Assembly: GCA_033581555.1 (NCBI GenBank)
Contig: JAVQSZ010000002.1
Location: 32,001 to 96,000 of the forward strand
Reading direction: 5' to 3'
Length of the DNA stretch: 64,000 nt
Source: Nitrososphaerota archaeon
GTDB taxonomy: Archaea; Thermoproteota; Nitrososphaeria_A; Caldarchaeales; Calditenuaceae
Both the position numbers and the translations under genes were made by a program. Every line of letters begins with the position of its first letter. Position 1 is the stretch's first letter. The notes under the pieces are model-generated. The model ran no database searches, had not been told where the DNA came from, and worked only from the letters and a program-made list of their open reading frames with translations. Shown here piece by piece: positions 1-8,759 of the stretch.

Positions 1-47
1 AACGACCTGCTGAGCGCCATGCTCGCTTCCCGGAGGGGCTTGAGGAG

Positions 48-647
48 ATGAGGGTCACGCTGCTGGCCGGGCTCGCGCTCGCCTCCCTCGCCCTGATCGG
101 AGGGGGGATCGCTCTCTCCTCGCCCGAGTCGGAGCTTGTAAAGAGGACGGTCGTGAGGGAGTTCCACGTCCCGCTCCCCGGCGACTTCCCGGTCCACTTC
201 GATGAGTACGAGATTAGGGTGAGGTGGAGGACCGCCGAGTCGCTGGCCCTCTTGGCAGCTGGTTCGGTCGCCCTCGCGGCTGCTGCGGGACTTGCGTACT
301 CCGAGAGGTCCACCGTCTTCAGAAGGGTGGTCGCGGCGCTCGGCACCGCCTACGGCATCGGGGTCGCGATGCTGGTGGCCTCGAGGAGAGACTTCAGGAC
401 CGCGGCACCGATCCTCCTGCCTCTGGGAGTCGCGGTGATGGCGCTCTCGCTGACGCTGATGAGGCTGCTTGGGAGTAGGCCCGAGGAGGATCTCAACCGA
501 CGCGAGCCCTCACGCGGACAGAGACGACCGTCGATTTCCTCCCCGACTCGAGGACGTCGAGGACCCTCAGCTCGTAGGGGAAGAGCTCCAGAGGCCGGCC
601 GCCGACTTCCCTCGGGCCCTCGGAGAGGACCAGCTCTGCGAACCTGA
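48..647 (+). CDS. Hypothetical membrane protein (about 4 hydrophobic segments)
   Basis: ATG after GAGGAG; hydrophobic stretches in the first ~140 aa; the last ~50 codons overlap the convergent 493..915 gene and read like antisense sequence. Confidence 0.55.
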   Translation: MRVTLLAGLALASLALIGGGIALSSPESELVKRTVVREFHVPLPGDFPVHFDEYEIRVRWRTAESLALLAAGSVALAAAAGLAYSERSTVFRRVVAALGTAYGIGVAMLVASRRDFRTAAPILLPLGVAVMALSLTLMRLLGSRPEEDLNRREPSRGQRRPSISSPTRGRRGPSARRGRAPEAGRRLPSGPRRGPALRT

Positions 648-915
648 CTGCAGCGCTGACCGCCTCCGATGCCTGAAGCACTGCGTCCGGCCTCGAGCTC
701 TCCACGACGACCTCGTACTCCTGGTCGGCGCCGATCCCGCTCCCGCCGACGGTTGTCCTCTCGAGGCGCACCTCCCTCAGCAAGACGAAGGCCCTCGGGT
801 AGATGGGCAGCGTGACCTCCCTCACAACGGCCGCGATCAATCCCTCCTCCCTCAGCCTCTCAACGAGCCCGAGCAGCGCGCCCTCGACCTCCTTGACCAT
901 CAGGCCTCGGCTCAT
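493..915 (-). CDS. Hypothetical protein (140 aa, alpha/beta pattern)
   Basis: Host-like codon usage; start overlaps the stop of the upstream RHH gene (ATGA coupling). Confidence 0.6.
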   Translation of the reverse strand: MSRGLMVKEVEGALLGLVERLREEGLIAAVVREVTLPIYPRAFVLLREVRLERTTVGGSGIGADQEYEVVVESSRPDAVLQASEAVSAAVRFAELVLSEGPREVGGRPLELFPYELRVLDVLESGRKSTVVSVRVRARVG

Positions 916-1100
916 CTCCGCTCCGCCCTGATCAGGAACCCTTCCCTCGAGATCAGGTCCCTGATCGCCATCCGGACTGCCTCGGCGACGCTAGCGTAGA
1001 CCCCCGAGTCGACCAGCTCCTCCAGCGCGTCGAGGTACGCCTCAGGCAGCCTCACTGTCAGGGGCCTCAGGCCGCTCTTGGTCCTGAGCTGGACCGCCAA
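912..1100 (-). CDS. Ribbon-helix-helix (CopG/Arc/MetJ-like) DNA-binding protein
   Basis: LTVRLPEAYLDALEELVDSGVYASVAEAVRMAIRDLI is a typical RHH pattern. Confidence 0.85.
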   Translation of the reverse strand: MAVQLRTKSGLRPLTVRLPEAYLDALEELVDSGVYASVAEAVRMAIRDLISREGFLIRAERR

Positions 1101-1223
1101 CCCGGTGAGTCCGCGGGCCCATCCGATTTAAGCGGAGAGAGCAGGACCGGTGCGAAGGTGGAAGTGCGCGCGGAGCTTGAACCGGAATACGCTATTATCC
1201 CACAATCGGAATCCAGTGCCGAG

Positions 1224-2147
1224 ATGAGGGGGCACTTCCTCGAGGTCCTGGACCTCTCGAGGGACGAGTTCGTCGAGGCCGTCAGGACCGCTGTGCGATT
1301 CAAGACGGAAGGTTACCCGAGCTCGGGGCTGAAGGGGAAGACGATCGCGCTGATCTTCGAGAAGCCCTCGACAAGGACGCGGGTCTCTTTCACCTCCGCG
1401 ATCAGCAGGCTCGGTGGGAGGTTCGACTACATCTCGTCCGCGGAGCTGCAGCTCGCTAGGGGCGAACCGGTCAGCGACGTGGGGAGGGTCCTCTCGAGGT
1501 ACGTCGACGGACTCGTCTGCAGGGTCTACAGCCACTCGACGCTGGAGGAGCTGGCCGCGAACTCAAGGGTCCCGGTGATCAACGCCCTTTCGGACAAGCA
1601 CCACCCCTGCCAGGCCCTAGCCGACTTGATGACGGTCTTCGAGCTGAAGAAGACCTTCAAGGGGGTCAAGGTGGCCTTCGTCGGGGACGGGAACAACGTC
1701 GCCACCTCCCTGATGCAGGCCTGCGCCCTGACCGGCGTCGACTTCGCGATCGCCTCACCTGAGGGCTACTGGGTCCCTGAAGAGGAGAGGAGGAAGGCCC
1801 TCGAGTCCGCAAGGGCCTCTGGCGCGGAGCTCACATTCACCGAGGACCCGGTCGAGGCCGTGAGGGACGCGGACTTCGTCTACACCGACGTCTTCGTCTC
1901 GATGGGTTTCGAGGCAGAGAGGGAGCGGAGGCTGAAGGCCTTCCTGCCTCGCTACAGGGTCACGAGGGAGCTGATGTCCAAGGCCAAACCCGGAGCCAAG
2001 TTCATGCACTGCATGCCTGTGAAGAGGGGCGAGGAGGTTGAGGCCGAGGTGGCCGACGGTCCGAGCTCCGTGATGATCGACCAAGCCGAGAACAGGATGC
2101 ACACGGAGGCTGCGCTCCTGTACCTAATCTACGGCAGGTGGAAATGA
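1224..2147 (+). CDS. argF: Ornithine carbamoyltransferase
   Basis: FEKPSTRTR, HPCQALAD, GDGNNV, SMG and HCMP motifs; ATG at 1224 chosen as start. Confidence 0.93.
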   Translation: MRGHFLEVLDLSRDEFVEAVRTAVRFKTEGYPSSGLKGKTIALIFEKPSTRTRVSFTSAISRLGGRFDYISSAELQLARGEPVSDVGRVLSRYVDGLVCRVYSHSTLEELAANSRVPVINALSDKHHPCQALADLMTVFELKKTFKGVKVAFVGDGNNVATSLMQACALTGVDFAIASPEGYWVPEEERRKALESARASGAELTFTEDPVEAVRDADFVYTDVFVSMGFEAERERRLKAFLPRYRVTRELMSKAKPGAKFMHCMPVKRGEEVEAEVADGPSSVMIDQAENRMHTEAALLYLIYGRWK

Positions 2148-2208
2148 GTTTCAGAGGTGACGGAGAAAGCTTATAACCGTTAGTTGATGTTGTAACATAA
2201 GGGCTGCG

Positions 2209-2502
2209 TTGCTGGACCCCTCGACGCAGCAGTACGTCGTCCACGGCATCACTTTGATGGTCGGGATGTTGATTGGGTACGGGTTGGCACAGGCCCTGAG
2301 GGGACTTGTGTTAGTGACCTTGGTCATCGCCGTCACGGTGCTGCTCGGCCTCGCCCTCGCTGACGTGCTGCCCCTCCAGTCTCTCCTCGAGTCCTTGAGG
2401 CCGATAATGGATTCGGTGAGGAGCCTGCTCGGACCCCTTCTGAGCTACCCAATGTTCTTCGTCGGGCTCCTGATCGGAATGGCCTTCGGGCTGGCTAAGT
2501 GA
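2209..2502 (+). CDS. Small integral membrane protein (3 TM, FUN14-like pattern)
   Basis: Almost entirely hydrophobic 97 aa; AT-rich promoter-like tract at about 2168-2200. Confidence 0.65.
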   Translation: MLDPSTQQYVVHGITLMVGMLIGYGLAQALRGLVLVTLVIAVTVLLGLALADVLPLQSLLESLRPIMDSVRSLLGPLLSYPMFFVGLLIGMAFGLAK

Positions 2503-2551
2503 TCGCAGCTTTGGGGTTAGATTATTAGGTGAGTCATCGCGGTAACCGGGG

Positions 2552-4684
2552 ATGCGGAGCGGAGCGGGTAGGCTGCTGGAGAGGCTCTCCGATCCCCTGA
2601 GGTGGCTCGACAGGAGGCTTGGCGGGAGGCTGACCCCGCTCGAGGCCGCTATACTGCTGCTCGCCGTCTCGGCGGCCTTCATGGTGAGGTCCCTCCCCGC
2701 GAGGTGGGGCCCGGTCCTCAGCGAGTTCGACCCCTGGTGGCACTACACGGTCGCGAGGATGATCATCGAGAGGGGCTGGGCCGGGTTCTGGGAGTTCAGG
2801 GGGATGGTCGACACGCTCTCGTGGCACCCGACTGGCCTCAACGTGGGGACCACCTTCTACCCCGGAGTGGCCTTCACCATGGCCTTCGTCTACCTGACCC
2901 TCTCGTCGATGGGCGTATCGGTCGACCCCGTCGCGCTCGCAGCAGCGCTCCCAGTCTTCTACGGCATGGTCACCGTCGTAGCCGTTTACTTCTTCGCGAG
3001 GTACGTCGTCGGGAGGGGCGCTGCCCTCGCCTCCGCGCTCCTCCTAGCGCTCAGCGCGGCCCACATCTCGAGGACCCACTACGGCTGGTTCGACGACGAG
3101 GCCCTCTCGATACCGCTGATGCACGCGGCCTTCATCTTCTACCTGATAGCCATCAACGAGAAGAGGACACTGAGGGGCTCCTTGTTCTTCGGCCTCATCG
3201 CGGGGCTACTGATCGGGTACGTCACGGCCACCTGGGGAGCTCACAGGCTAGTGATCGCGCTGATACCGCTCTACACGGCTGTGCTTGCACTGTTGGGCAG
3301 GATGGACAGGAGGATCCTAGTGGCCTATCTCGCGACCTTCGCGACCTACGCCTCGATAGCCGTCAACGTCCCCAAGCTCGGCGTAGGCTACCTCACCGAG
3401 ATCAGCATGGCTGCGGGCTGGCTGGTCATACCATATCTGGTGGCCGCGTGGCTGGCGAAGGAGCGCCTCGACGAAGTGAGGTCCCTCCTCGTGACGAGGG
3501 GCATCGTGCTGGCCATCGGGGTAGTGGGATTGGCATCCCTCGCGCTCGGAGCCCTCGACATACCCGGCCTGAAGTTCTTCTCAGTGTTGCTCCCGCAGCT
3601 GAGGGGCACCCTCCCGATCGTGCAGTCGGTGGCCGAGAACCAGCTCGCTACTTGGGGCTCGCTCTTCCTCGACTTCGGCCCGACGCTCCTCCTCGCGCCC
3701 TTCGCGCTCTACCTCCTGGTGAAGAGGGGGACCAACGAGTCGGTCTTCCTGACGGTCTACGCGGTCCTGGCCTTTTACTTCGCCTCCTCGATGGTGAGGC
3801 TCGCCCTCCCGACCTCGCCGGTCGTGGCCGTTCTCGCCGGGACGACGACCTCCCACGTCCTCGAGTCGACCTTCAAGGCCCTAGCGGCTCCCGCCCCGAG
3901 GGCCAGGAGAAGGGCGCCGTTCGATAGCAGGGTTGCGATCGCTGTCCCGCTGGCCGTCCTGCTAGCGCTGACGCTGTACTACGTCCCCGCCAAAGCCGGG
4001 GGACTCTCCCAGTACTCCAGCATCGACTACGCCGACGTCCCGCCGACCGTGCTGGCCAGCAGCCTGCCCGTCAAGCAACCCCTCCACGATTGGCCGAGGG
4101 CCCTCGAGTGGATGAGGAACAACCTACCTCAGGACGCGGTCGTGGCGTCCTGGTGGGACTATGGCAACTGGATCTCGAGGCTCGGCAACAGGACCAGCAT
4201 CATCGACAACACGACCATCGACAGCATCAGGATCGCGAAGACAGCCTACGCCTTCCTCTCGCCTCCGAACGCGAGCAAGAGGATCTTCAAGGAGCTTGGT
4301 GCGACACACGTACTGATCTTCGTGACCTTCGCACCCTTTGTCGGAGGCCAGCAGGGAGGCCAGCTCTTATTTTACGGAGACGAAAGCAAATGGTATTGGA
4401 TGCTGAAGATAGCGAATCAAGAGGCGGAGAACATCGGTTATCAGAGGATAGATGAGGCGAGCCTTTTAGGCCCTGAGGGATCCCCGACCACAGCTACCGA
4501 GAAGTTCTGGAGGGAGACGACGCTAGGGCTGATGATACCCTATAAGCCAGTGAGGCTCGGGGCGCAGACCTACTACACGTACAGTCCGCCCCAGATAGAA
4601 GGGTTCAGACTGGTCTACTCATCAAGTCCGCCGTATAGCCCCAACACCTACGCCTACGTTTACATCTACGAGATCGTGGACTGA
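2552..4684 (+). CDS. aglB: Oligosaccharyltransferase AglB (STT3 family)
   Basis: EFDPWWH, DDE, SVAEN, WWDYG, DNTT and DESKWYWM (DK) motifs; many TM segments. Confidence 0.95.
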   Translation: MRSGAGRLLERLSDPLRWLDRRLGGRLTPLEAAILLLAVSAAFMVRSLPARWGPVLSEFDPWWHYTVARMIIERGWAGFWEFRGMVDTLSWHPTGLNVGTTFYPGVAFTMAFVYLTLSSMGVSVDPVALAAALPVFYGMVTVVAVYFFARYVVGRGAALASALLLALSAAHISRTHYGWFDDEALSIPLMHAAFIFYLIAINEKRTLRGSLFFGLIAGLLIGYVTATWGAHRLVIALIPLYTAVLALLGRMDRRILVAYLATFATYASIAVNVPKLGVGYLTEISMAAGWLVIPYLVAAWLAKERLDEVRSLLVTRGIVLAIGVVGLASLALGALDIPGLKFFSVLLPQLRGTLPIVQSVAENQLATWGSLFLDFGPTLLLAPFALYLLVKRGTNESVFLTVYAVLAFYFASSMVRLALPTSPVVAVLAGTTTSHVLESTFKALAAPAPRARRRAPFDSRVAIAVPLAVLLALTLYYVPAKAGGLSQYSSIDYADVPPTVLASSLPVKQPLHDWPRALEWMRNNLPQDAVVASWWDYGNWISRLGNRTSIIDNTTIDSIRIAKTAYAFLSPPNASKRIFKELGATHVLIFVTFAPFVGGQQGGQLLFYGDESKWYWMLKIANQEAENIGYQRIDEASLLGPEGSPTTATEKFWRETTLGLMIPYKPVRLGAQTYYTYSPPQIEGFRLVYSSSPPYSPNTYAYVYIYEIVD

Positions 4685-4685
4685 G

Positions 4686-5462
4686 TCATCCGATGTAGGA
4701 CGGCCTCCTCTCCTCTTCCTCCCCGTGCTCCAGCATCCCCCTCACGGCCCTCTCCATCTGCTGGATGAACCTCTGCTGCTTTGCGACCTCCTCGTCAAGC
4801 CTCGTGGTGTCGATCTGGATCCCGAGAAGAGTCGAGATCAGCTGAGCAAGCCTCTTAGTGGCCCTGAAGTCGGGCATGAACGCCTCGGTGTCGGCGACGA
4901 CGAACATCGCCCTCGCGCCGGAGATCACGCACCTCCTGAGGAGCGCCGAAGAGAGTCTGTCCATTGGGAGCGCGTCCATGGATGGGGCCATCTTCGCGCC
5001 CAGGGCCACTGCCCTCCTGAGGAGTTCCTGGTCGGTGGAGGCGACGTAGAGGTCGCCGGTGCCCGTGAACCTGCTGCTCGAGACGACGATGAGCAGGTCC
5101 TCCGGAATGATCCCCAGATCCCTGACGAGCCTCTCCGAGACCGACTCGCCGGCCTCCGTCGAGTCGACGACGAAGTTCCTCACGAGGACGACCGCGTTTA
5201 CCGAGTCGACGTACTGGTAGACCTCGACCTTGGGGAGGCTCGAGACCCCCTCGCTGTCGATCAGACAGACCTGCGGGAAGTGCGGGGAGAAGAGGGACTT
5301 CACCCTCCTGACGCCCTTCTGCTCCAGGAGGACGTTCGCGAGGATCATGCCCACGGCCCCAGGCCCGGGAGAGAGGTCCAACAGGACCTTCTTCCCCCTC
5401 ACGAACTCCGCGTGTTCCTCGACCAGATCCAAAACCGAAGCACCTCCGTTCTTCTCGCTCAA
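4686..5462 (-). CDS. PAC2-family proteasome assembly chaperone
   Basis: PGPGAVG, SPHFPQV, PDFRA motifs and C-terminal SYIG; close to the proteasome beta gene. Confidence 0.75.
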   Translation of the reverse strand: MSEKNGGASVLDLVEEHAEFVRGKKVLLDLSPGPGAVGMILANVLLEQKGVRRVKSLFSPHFPQVCLIDSEGVSSLPKVEVYQYVDSVNAVVLVRNFVVDSTEAGESVSERLVRDLGIIPEDLLIVVSSSRFTGTGDLYVASTDQELLRRAVALGAKMAPSMDALPMDRLSSALLRRCVISGARAMFVVADTEAFMPDFRATKRLAQLISTLLGIQIDTTRLDEEVAKQQRFIQQMERAVRGMLEHGEEEERRPSYIG

Positions 5463-5495
5463 CGCCCTCGATTTAAGCCGCTCGGGAGAAGCCGC

Positions 5496-6224
5496 TCAGG
5501 GTCCGACGCTCACGAGCTCACCGCCGACCTGCTCGCGCTCGACCTTCTCCTTAGGTATCGTGACCCTTACCCTGACCTTGTCGCCGTCCTTCAGCCCGAA
5601 CCTCCCCCTGAGGTAGACCGGCGAGATGACCTCTACGACGTCGTCGCCGTAGTGCGTCCGCTCGATGAACAGCACAGCGCAGAGCTCGGAGTCGTTGAAG
5701 GTCCCGCCGATCGCCTTGAGGCCGCCGTAGGTCCTGTTCCCGTTTCTAAAGCCCTCGATCCTGACGTCGGCGATCTTGCTGAGCAGCCTCCTGTTGTGTA
5801 TCGAGTCGACCGAGAGCAGTCTGACGTTCAGCGTTCCCGGGTAAGGGTCGAACCCAAGCTTCTCCCTGAACTGCCGCCTGTACTCGGGCAACGAGACGTA
5901 GTAGGCGCCCTCGCCGAAGCCCGTGAAGACCCTGCCCTCGAGCACGAAGTCCATCGGCCTCTCGATGACCGCCCTGAGGTCCGTATATAGATCCAATAGC
6001 TTGTTGAGTCCGAGTTCCGTCACCCTCACGTACGTCACCCTGCCCACGGACCGCCTCTCGATCAGCCCCTCCTTCTCGAGCCTTATCAGGATCCTAGAGG
6101 CCGACTGCTGCGAGGTCCCCAGGGCCTTAGCGAGAGCGGGGGTGGAGACCCTGACGCTATTGGAGAACCCGTTCTGTGCGTAGAGGTTCAGGAGGGCCTT
6201 GATGGCCACGAGGTTCAGGGCCAT
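5496..6224 (-). CDS. ribK: CTP-dependent riboflavin kinase with N-terminal winged HTH (RbkR-type)
   Basis: SQQSASR wHTH; GRVFTGFGEGAYYV, PYPGTLN, ERTHY and LKDGD motifs. Confidence 0.93.
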   Translation of the reverse strand: MALNLVAIKALLNLYAQNGFSNSVRVSTPALAKALGTSQQSASRILIRLEKEGLIERRSVGRVTYVRVTELGLNKLLDLYTDLRAVIERPMDFVLEGRVFTGFGEGAYYVSLPEYRRQFREKLGFDPYPGTLNVRLLSVDSIHNRRLLSKIADVRIEGFRNGNRTYGGLKAIGGTFNDSELCAVLFIERTHYGDDVVEVISPVYLRGRFGLKDGDKVRVRVTIPKEKVEREQVGGELVSVGP

Positions 6225-6229
6225 CGCGC

Positions 6230-6242
6230 ATAACAGCGTTAT
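6230..6242. promoter_or_regulatory. Palindrome ATAAC-AGC-GTTAT immediately upstream of ribK/rbkR (candidate operator)
   Basis: Perfect 5-bp inverted repeat just upstream of the start codon, next to an AT-rich tract. Confidence 0.4.
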
Positions 6243-6298
6243 ACCACCTGATATAGTTTGAACTGAGCCATGTGGGTCCGACCAGGACTGAAAGGTGC

Positions 6299-6907
6299 CT
6301 AGCTGACGGGGACGGTCTCGTCCTTCAGAATCCCGCTGCTCCCTATGAGGAGGATGTCGATGCCGTTACCGCTGCCGCTGTCCCTGGCCATGGACGCCCT
6401 GAGGGCCTTGATCGCGAGCGAGTAGATCTCCTGGGAGCCCATCTCGGGTTTGTACTCGCCCTCGAGCACGCCGACCGCGATCTCCGCGCCCGACCCGACG
6501 ACCGCGTAGTCGTCCTCGATCATCGAGCCCATCGCGTCGAGGACCAACACGTGAGGCCCCTTGTCGTCGAAGCCGCCGACGATCGCCTCGGTCAGGTAGG
6601 GGAAGTACCTGCTCCCGAAGAGGAGGTTCGACATCACCTTCGCGATCGCGGTGACGGAGGGCTGCCTCCTCTCCTCGATGACGTACAGATTCACGAGGAA
6701 CTTTACGTCCCTAATGAGGTTCTGCATGTCCGAGACTAACCCCGCGCAAGCCGCTCCTACCCTTGGGGTGACCTGGAAGACCTTCCTGACGTTCTTCGAG
6801 ACGACGAAGTAGCCGTAGGTCAGCCTCTTCTCCGAGGCCAGCACCACCGCGTCCTTACCTCTGATTCCGAGCGTCGTCGCTCCGGGGAACGGGTACTGAA
6901 ACGCCAT
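6299..6907 (-). CDS. psmB: Proteasome beta subunit (Thr1 position is Ala)
   Basis: GATTLGIRGKDAVVLASEKR, GSG and RDSGSG motifs. Confidence 0.92.
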   Translation of the reverse strand: MAFQYPFPGATTLGIRGKDAVVLASEKRLTYGYFVVSKNVRKVFQVTPRVGAACAGLVSDMQNLIRDVKFLVNLYVIEERRQPSVTAIAKVMSNLLFGSRYFPYLTEAIVGGFDDKGPHVLVLDAMGSMIEDDYAVVGSGAEIAVGVLEGEYKPEMGSQEIYSLAIKALRASMARDSGSGNGIDILLIGSSGILKDETVPVS

Positions 6908-7034
6908 GCCCTGAGCGACAGAGCTTCGCTCGTTATATTAAGGTACGTTCCCTATACAGGAGCCAGAGGCCGAGTCCGATCCCATCTCTGAGCTCCCAAG
7001 CTTAAATCACGGTGAGATCTGGTAGGGCCGAGGG

Positions 7035-8189
7035 ATGCTGATCCCGAGGAGCTCCATCGGTTACATGAACCAGGTCTTCGAGAACGTCTCACAGGTCAAC
7101 TGGGAGGAGGCCGCGGCGCTATACGCGTCGCTAAGGGGGGCAGGCGTCATCGTGCTCAACGGCGAGGGGAGGAGCAAGGGCGCCCTGAACATCGTCTGCT
7201 CCGAGATCGCGAAGATGAGGGGAGGGAAGGTCGTGATGGACAGGGCTGACGTCGGCTTCCCCGACCGGGACATGGACGGCGCAGCGCCGATCCTCTGGGA
7301 GCGCTACGGCAAGCTCTCGCTTCTGGTCCTCTCGGGGAGCGGGAGGTCGCTGGTGCCTCTGGTGGACGCCCAGAAGCTCGCGCTCTACATCACCAGGACC
7401 GGAAGGAGGAGGGAGTTCAGCGTCGACGTCGTCACGAGCGACCCGAACTCTCCGCTCGGGAGGCTCGGGAGGGACTTCGGGACCTGCCTGACCGTGAAGG
7501 GCCGCGAGATCGACGAGGACGCTGTCGACACGTCAGCCTTCAAGTCCGTCGGGATCCTCGAGGACGTCTTCATCTTAGGCGCCAGCCTCGTCCTACAGGC
7601 GATAGCCGAGTCCCTCTACACCGGCAGGCCCTACGAGATCAGGGAGAGGGTCCAGAGGCTGATGAACGAGACCAACGGCGTCATCGAGGCATTCGTGGGC
7701 AGCGACTTCACCAAGACGCTAGTGGAGCTCCTGGAGAGGAGGAACCTCGCGTTCTTCGCGGGACTCGGGAGCGGAAGGGAGGTGGGCAGGATGATAGCCG
7801 TGAGGCTGGGACACGTAAAGAGGGCGATCGGCGACCAGGTCTACGTCGCGGGGGAGTCGAGCACGCCGCCGCCAAGGGCAGGGGACGTCCTCCTCGTGAT
7901 CTCCTACAGCGGCGAAACCGAAGTCGTGATCTCCTGGTGCAGGAACTTCAAGAAGCTCGGGGGGACCGTGCTCTCGATAGTCGGGAGGAGCAACACGACG
8001 CTCGAGTCGCTCTCGGACCACACCTTCAGGATCGAGACGAACGCCGAGCCAGGCGCGCCGAACGACTTCTACATCAAGGCCGCGTTCGCGACCAGCCCCG
8101 TCCCGATCCTATTGGTCGAGAGGCTGCAGGAGAGGGGGCTTAAGCTACCGGAGTACATACTCAGGTGGTACCACAGCATCACGGGCTAA
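7035..8189 (+). CDS. Tandem SIS-domain sugar-phosphate isomerase (6-phospho-3-hexuloisomerase-like duplication)
   Basis: Two SIS halves: GEGRS...SGSGRS...SPLG and GLGSG...GESSTPP...DVLLVISYSGET. Confidence 0.7.
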   Translation: MLIPRSSIGYMNQVFENVSQVNWEEAAALYASLRGAGVIVLNGEGRSKGALNIVCSEIAKMRGGKVVMDRADVGFPDRDMDGAAPILWERYGKLSLLVLSGSGRSLVPLVDAQKLALYITRTGRRREFSVDVVTSDPNSPLGRLGRDFGTCLTVKGREIDEDAVDTSAFKSVGILEDVFILGASLVLQAIAESLYTGRPYEIRERVQRLMNETNGVIEAFVGSDFTKTLVELLERRNLAFFAGLGSGREVGRMIAVRLGHVKRAIGDQVYVAGESSTPPPRAGDVLLVISYSGETEVVISWCRNFKKLGGTVLSIVGRSNTTLESLSDHTFRIETNAEPGAPNDFYIKAAFATSPVPILLVERLQERGLKLPEYILRWYHSITG

Positions 8190-8204
8190 CGCAGGTCAAG
8201 TGCC

Positions 8205-8645
8205 TCAGCCCCTTTCGACGATCTTCCTGAGGTTGTCTATTATCTCGGTCACCTTCTCCTTCGTCACGCTCTCGATCAACCTCCCGCCTACGCTCGCCGC
8301 CAGTCCGCCGACCGTGAGGTCCGCTGCCCACTTGACCCTCGACCCCCTCTCGGACGGCTCCACTTGGGCGTCGATCCTCACGTTGACCGTCGACTGAAGC
8401 CCGCTCCCCTTCCCCACGACCGCAACCCTGCTGTAGGGCGTGACGTCCTCGTACCTGAAGTCGACCTTCATGTTCCCCTTTATCGGACCGAGGGAGATCA
8501 CGAACTCGACGGCGAACTGCCTCTCGTCGATCACGGTGACCTTTCTGACGTCGGGGATCGCCTTGCTGAACTGCCTCGGGTCGCTGGCCACCTTGAAGAA
8601 CTTCTCGGGCGGTGCGTTAAGCTCGAAGGAACCCTCGAACTTCAC
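8205..8645 (-). CDS. CoxG/SRPBCC family protein
   Basis: FEGSFEL...DP...IP and GGLAASVGGRLI pattern; GTG start at 8645. Confidence 0.85.
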   Translation of the reverse strand: MKFEGSFELNAPPEKFFKVASDPRQFSKAIPDVRKVTVIDERQFAVEFVISLGPIKGNMKVDFRYEDVTPYSRVAVVGKGSGLQSTVNVRIDAQVEPSERGSRVKWAADLTVGGLAASVGGRLIESVTKEKVTEIIDNLRKIVERG

Positions 8646-8759
8646 GCCGCAGCCCCGATCGAACCCGATTAAAACCTGAGCGCCGACCCGCGAACCTCTC
8701 AAGACCGGACCCACGTTCACCAGTTCAATTTATTATCGACGAGTAGGAGAGGATCCCGA

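Noticed and set aside
2602-3927. Long alternative-frame and antisense ORFs (also 10332-11624, 19168-20706, 36869-38092 and others)
   Set aside because: Shadow ORFs of real genes caused by high GC and codon bias; Arg/Gly/Pro- or Ser-rich with no motifs
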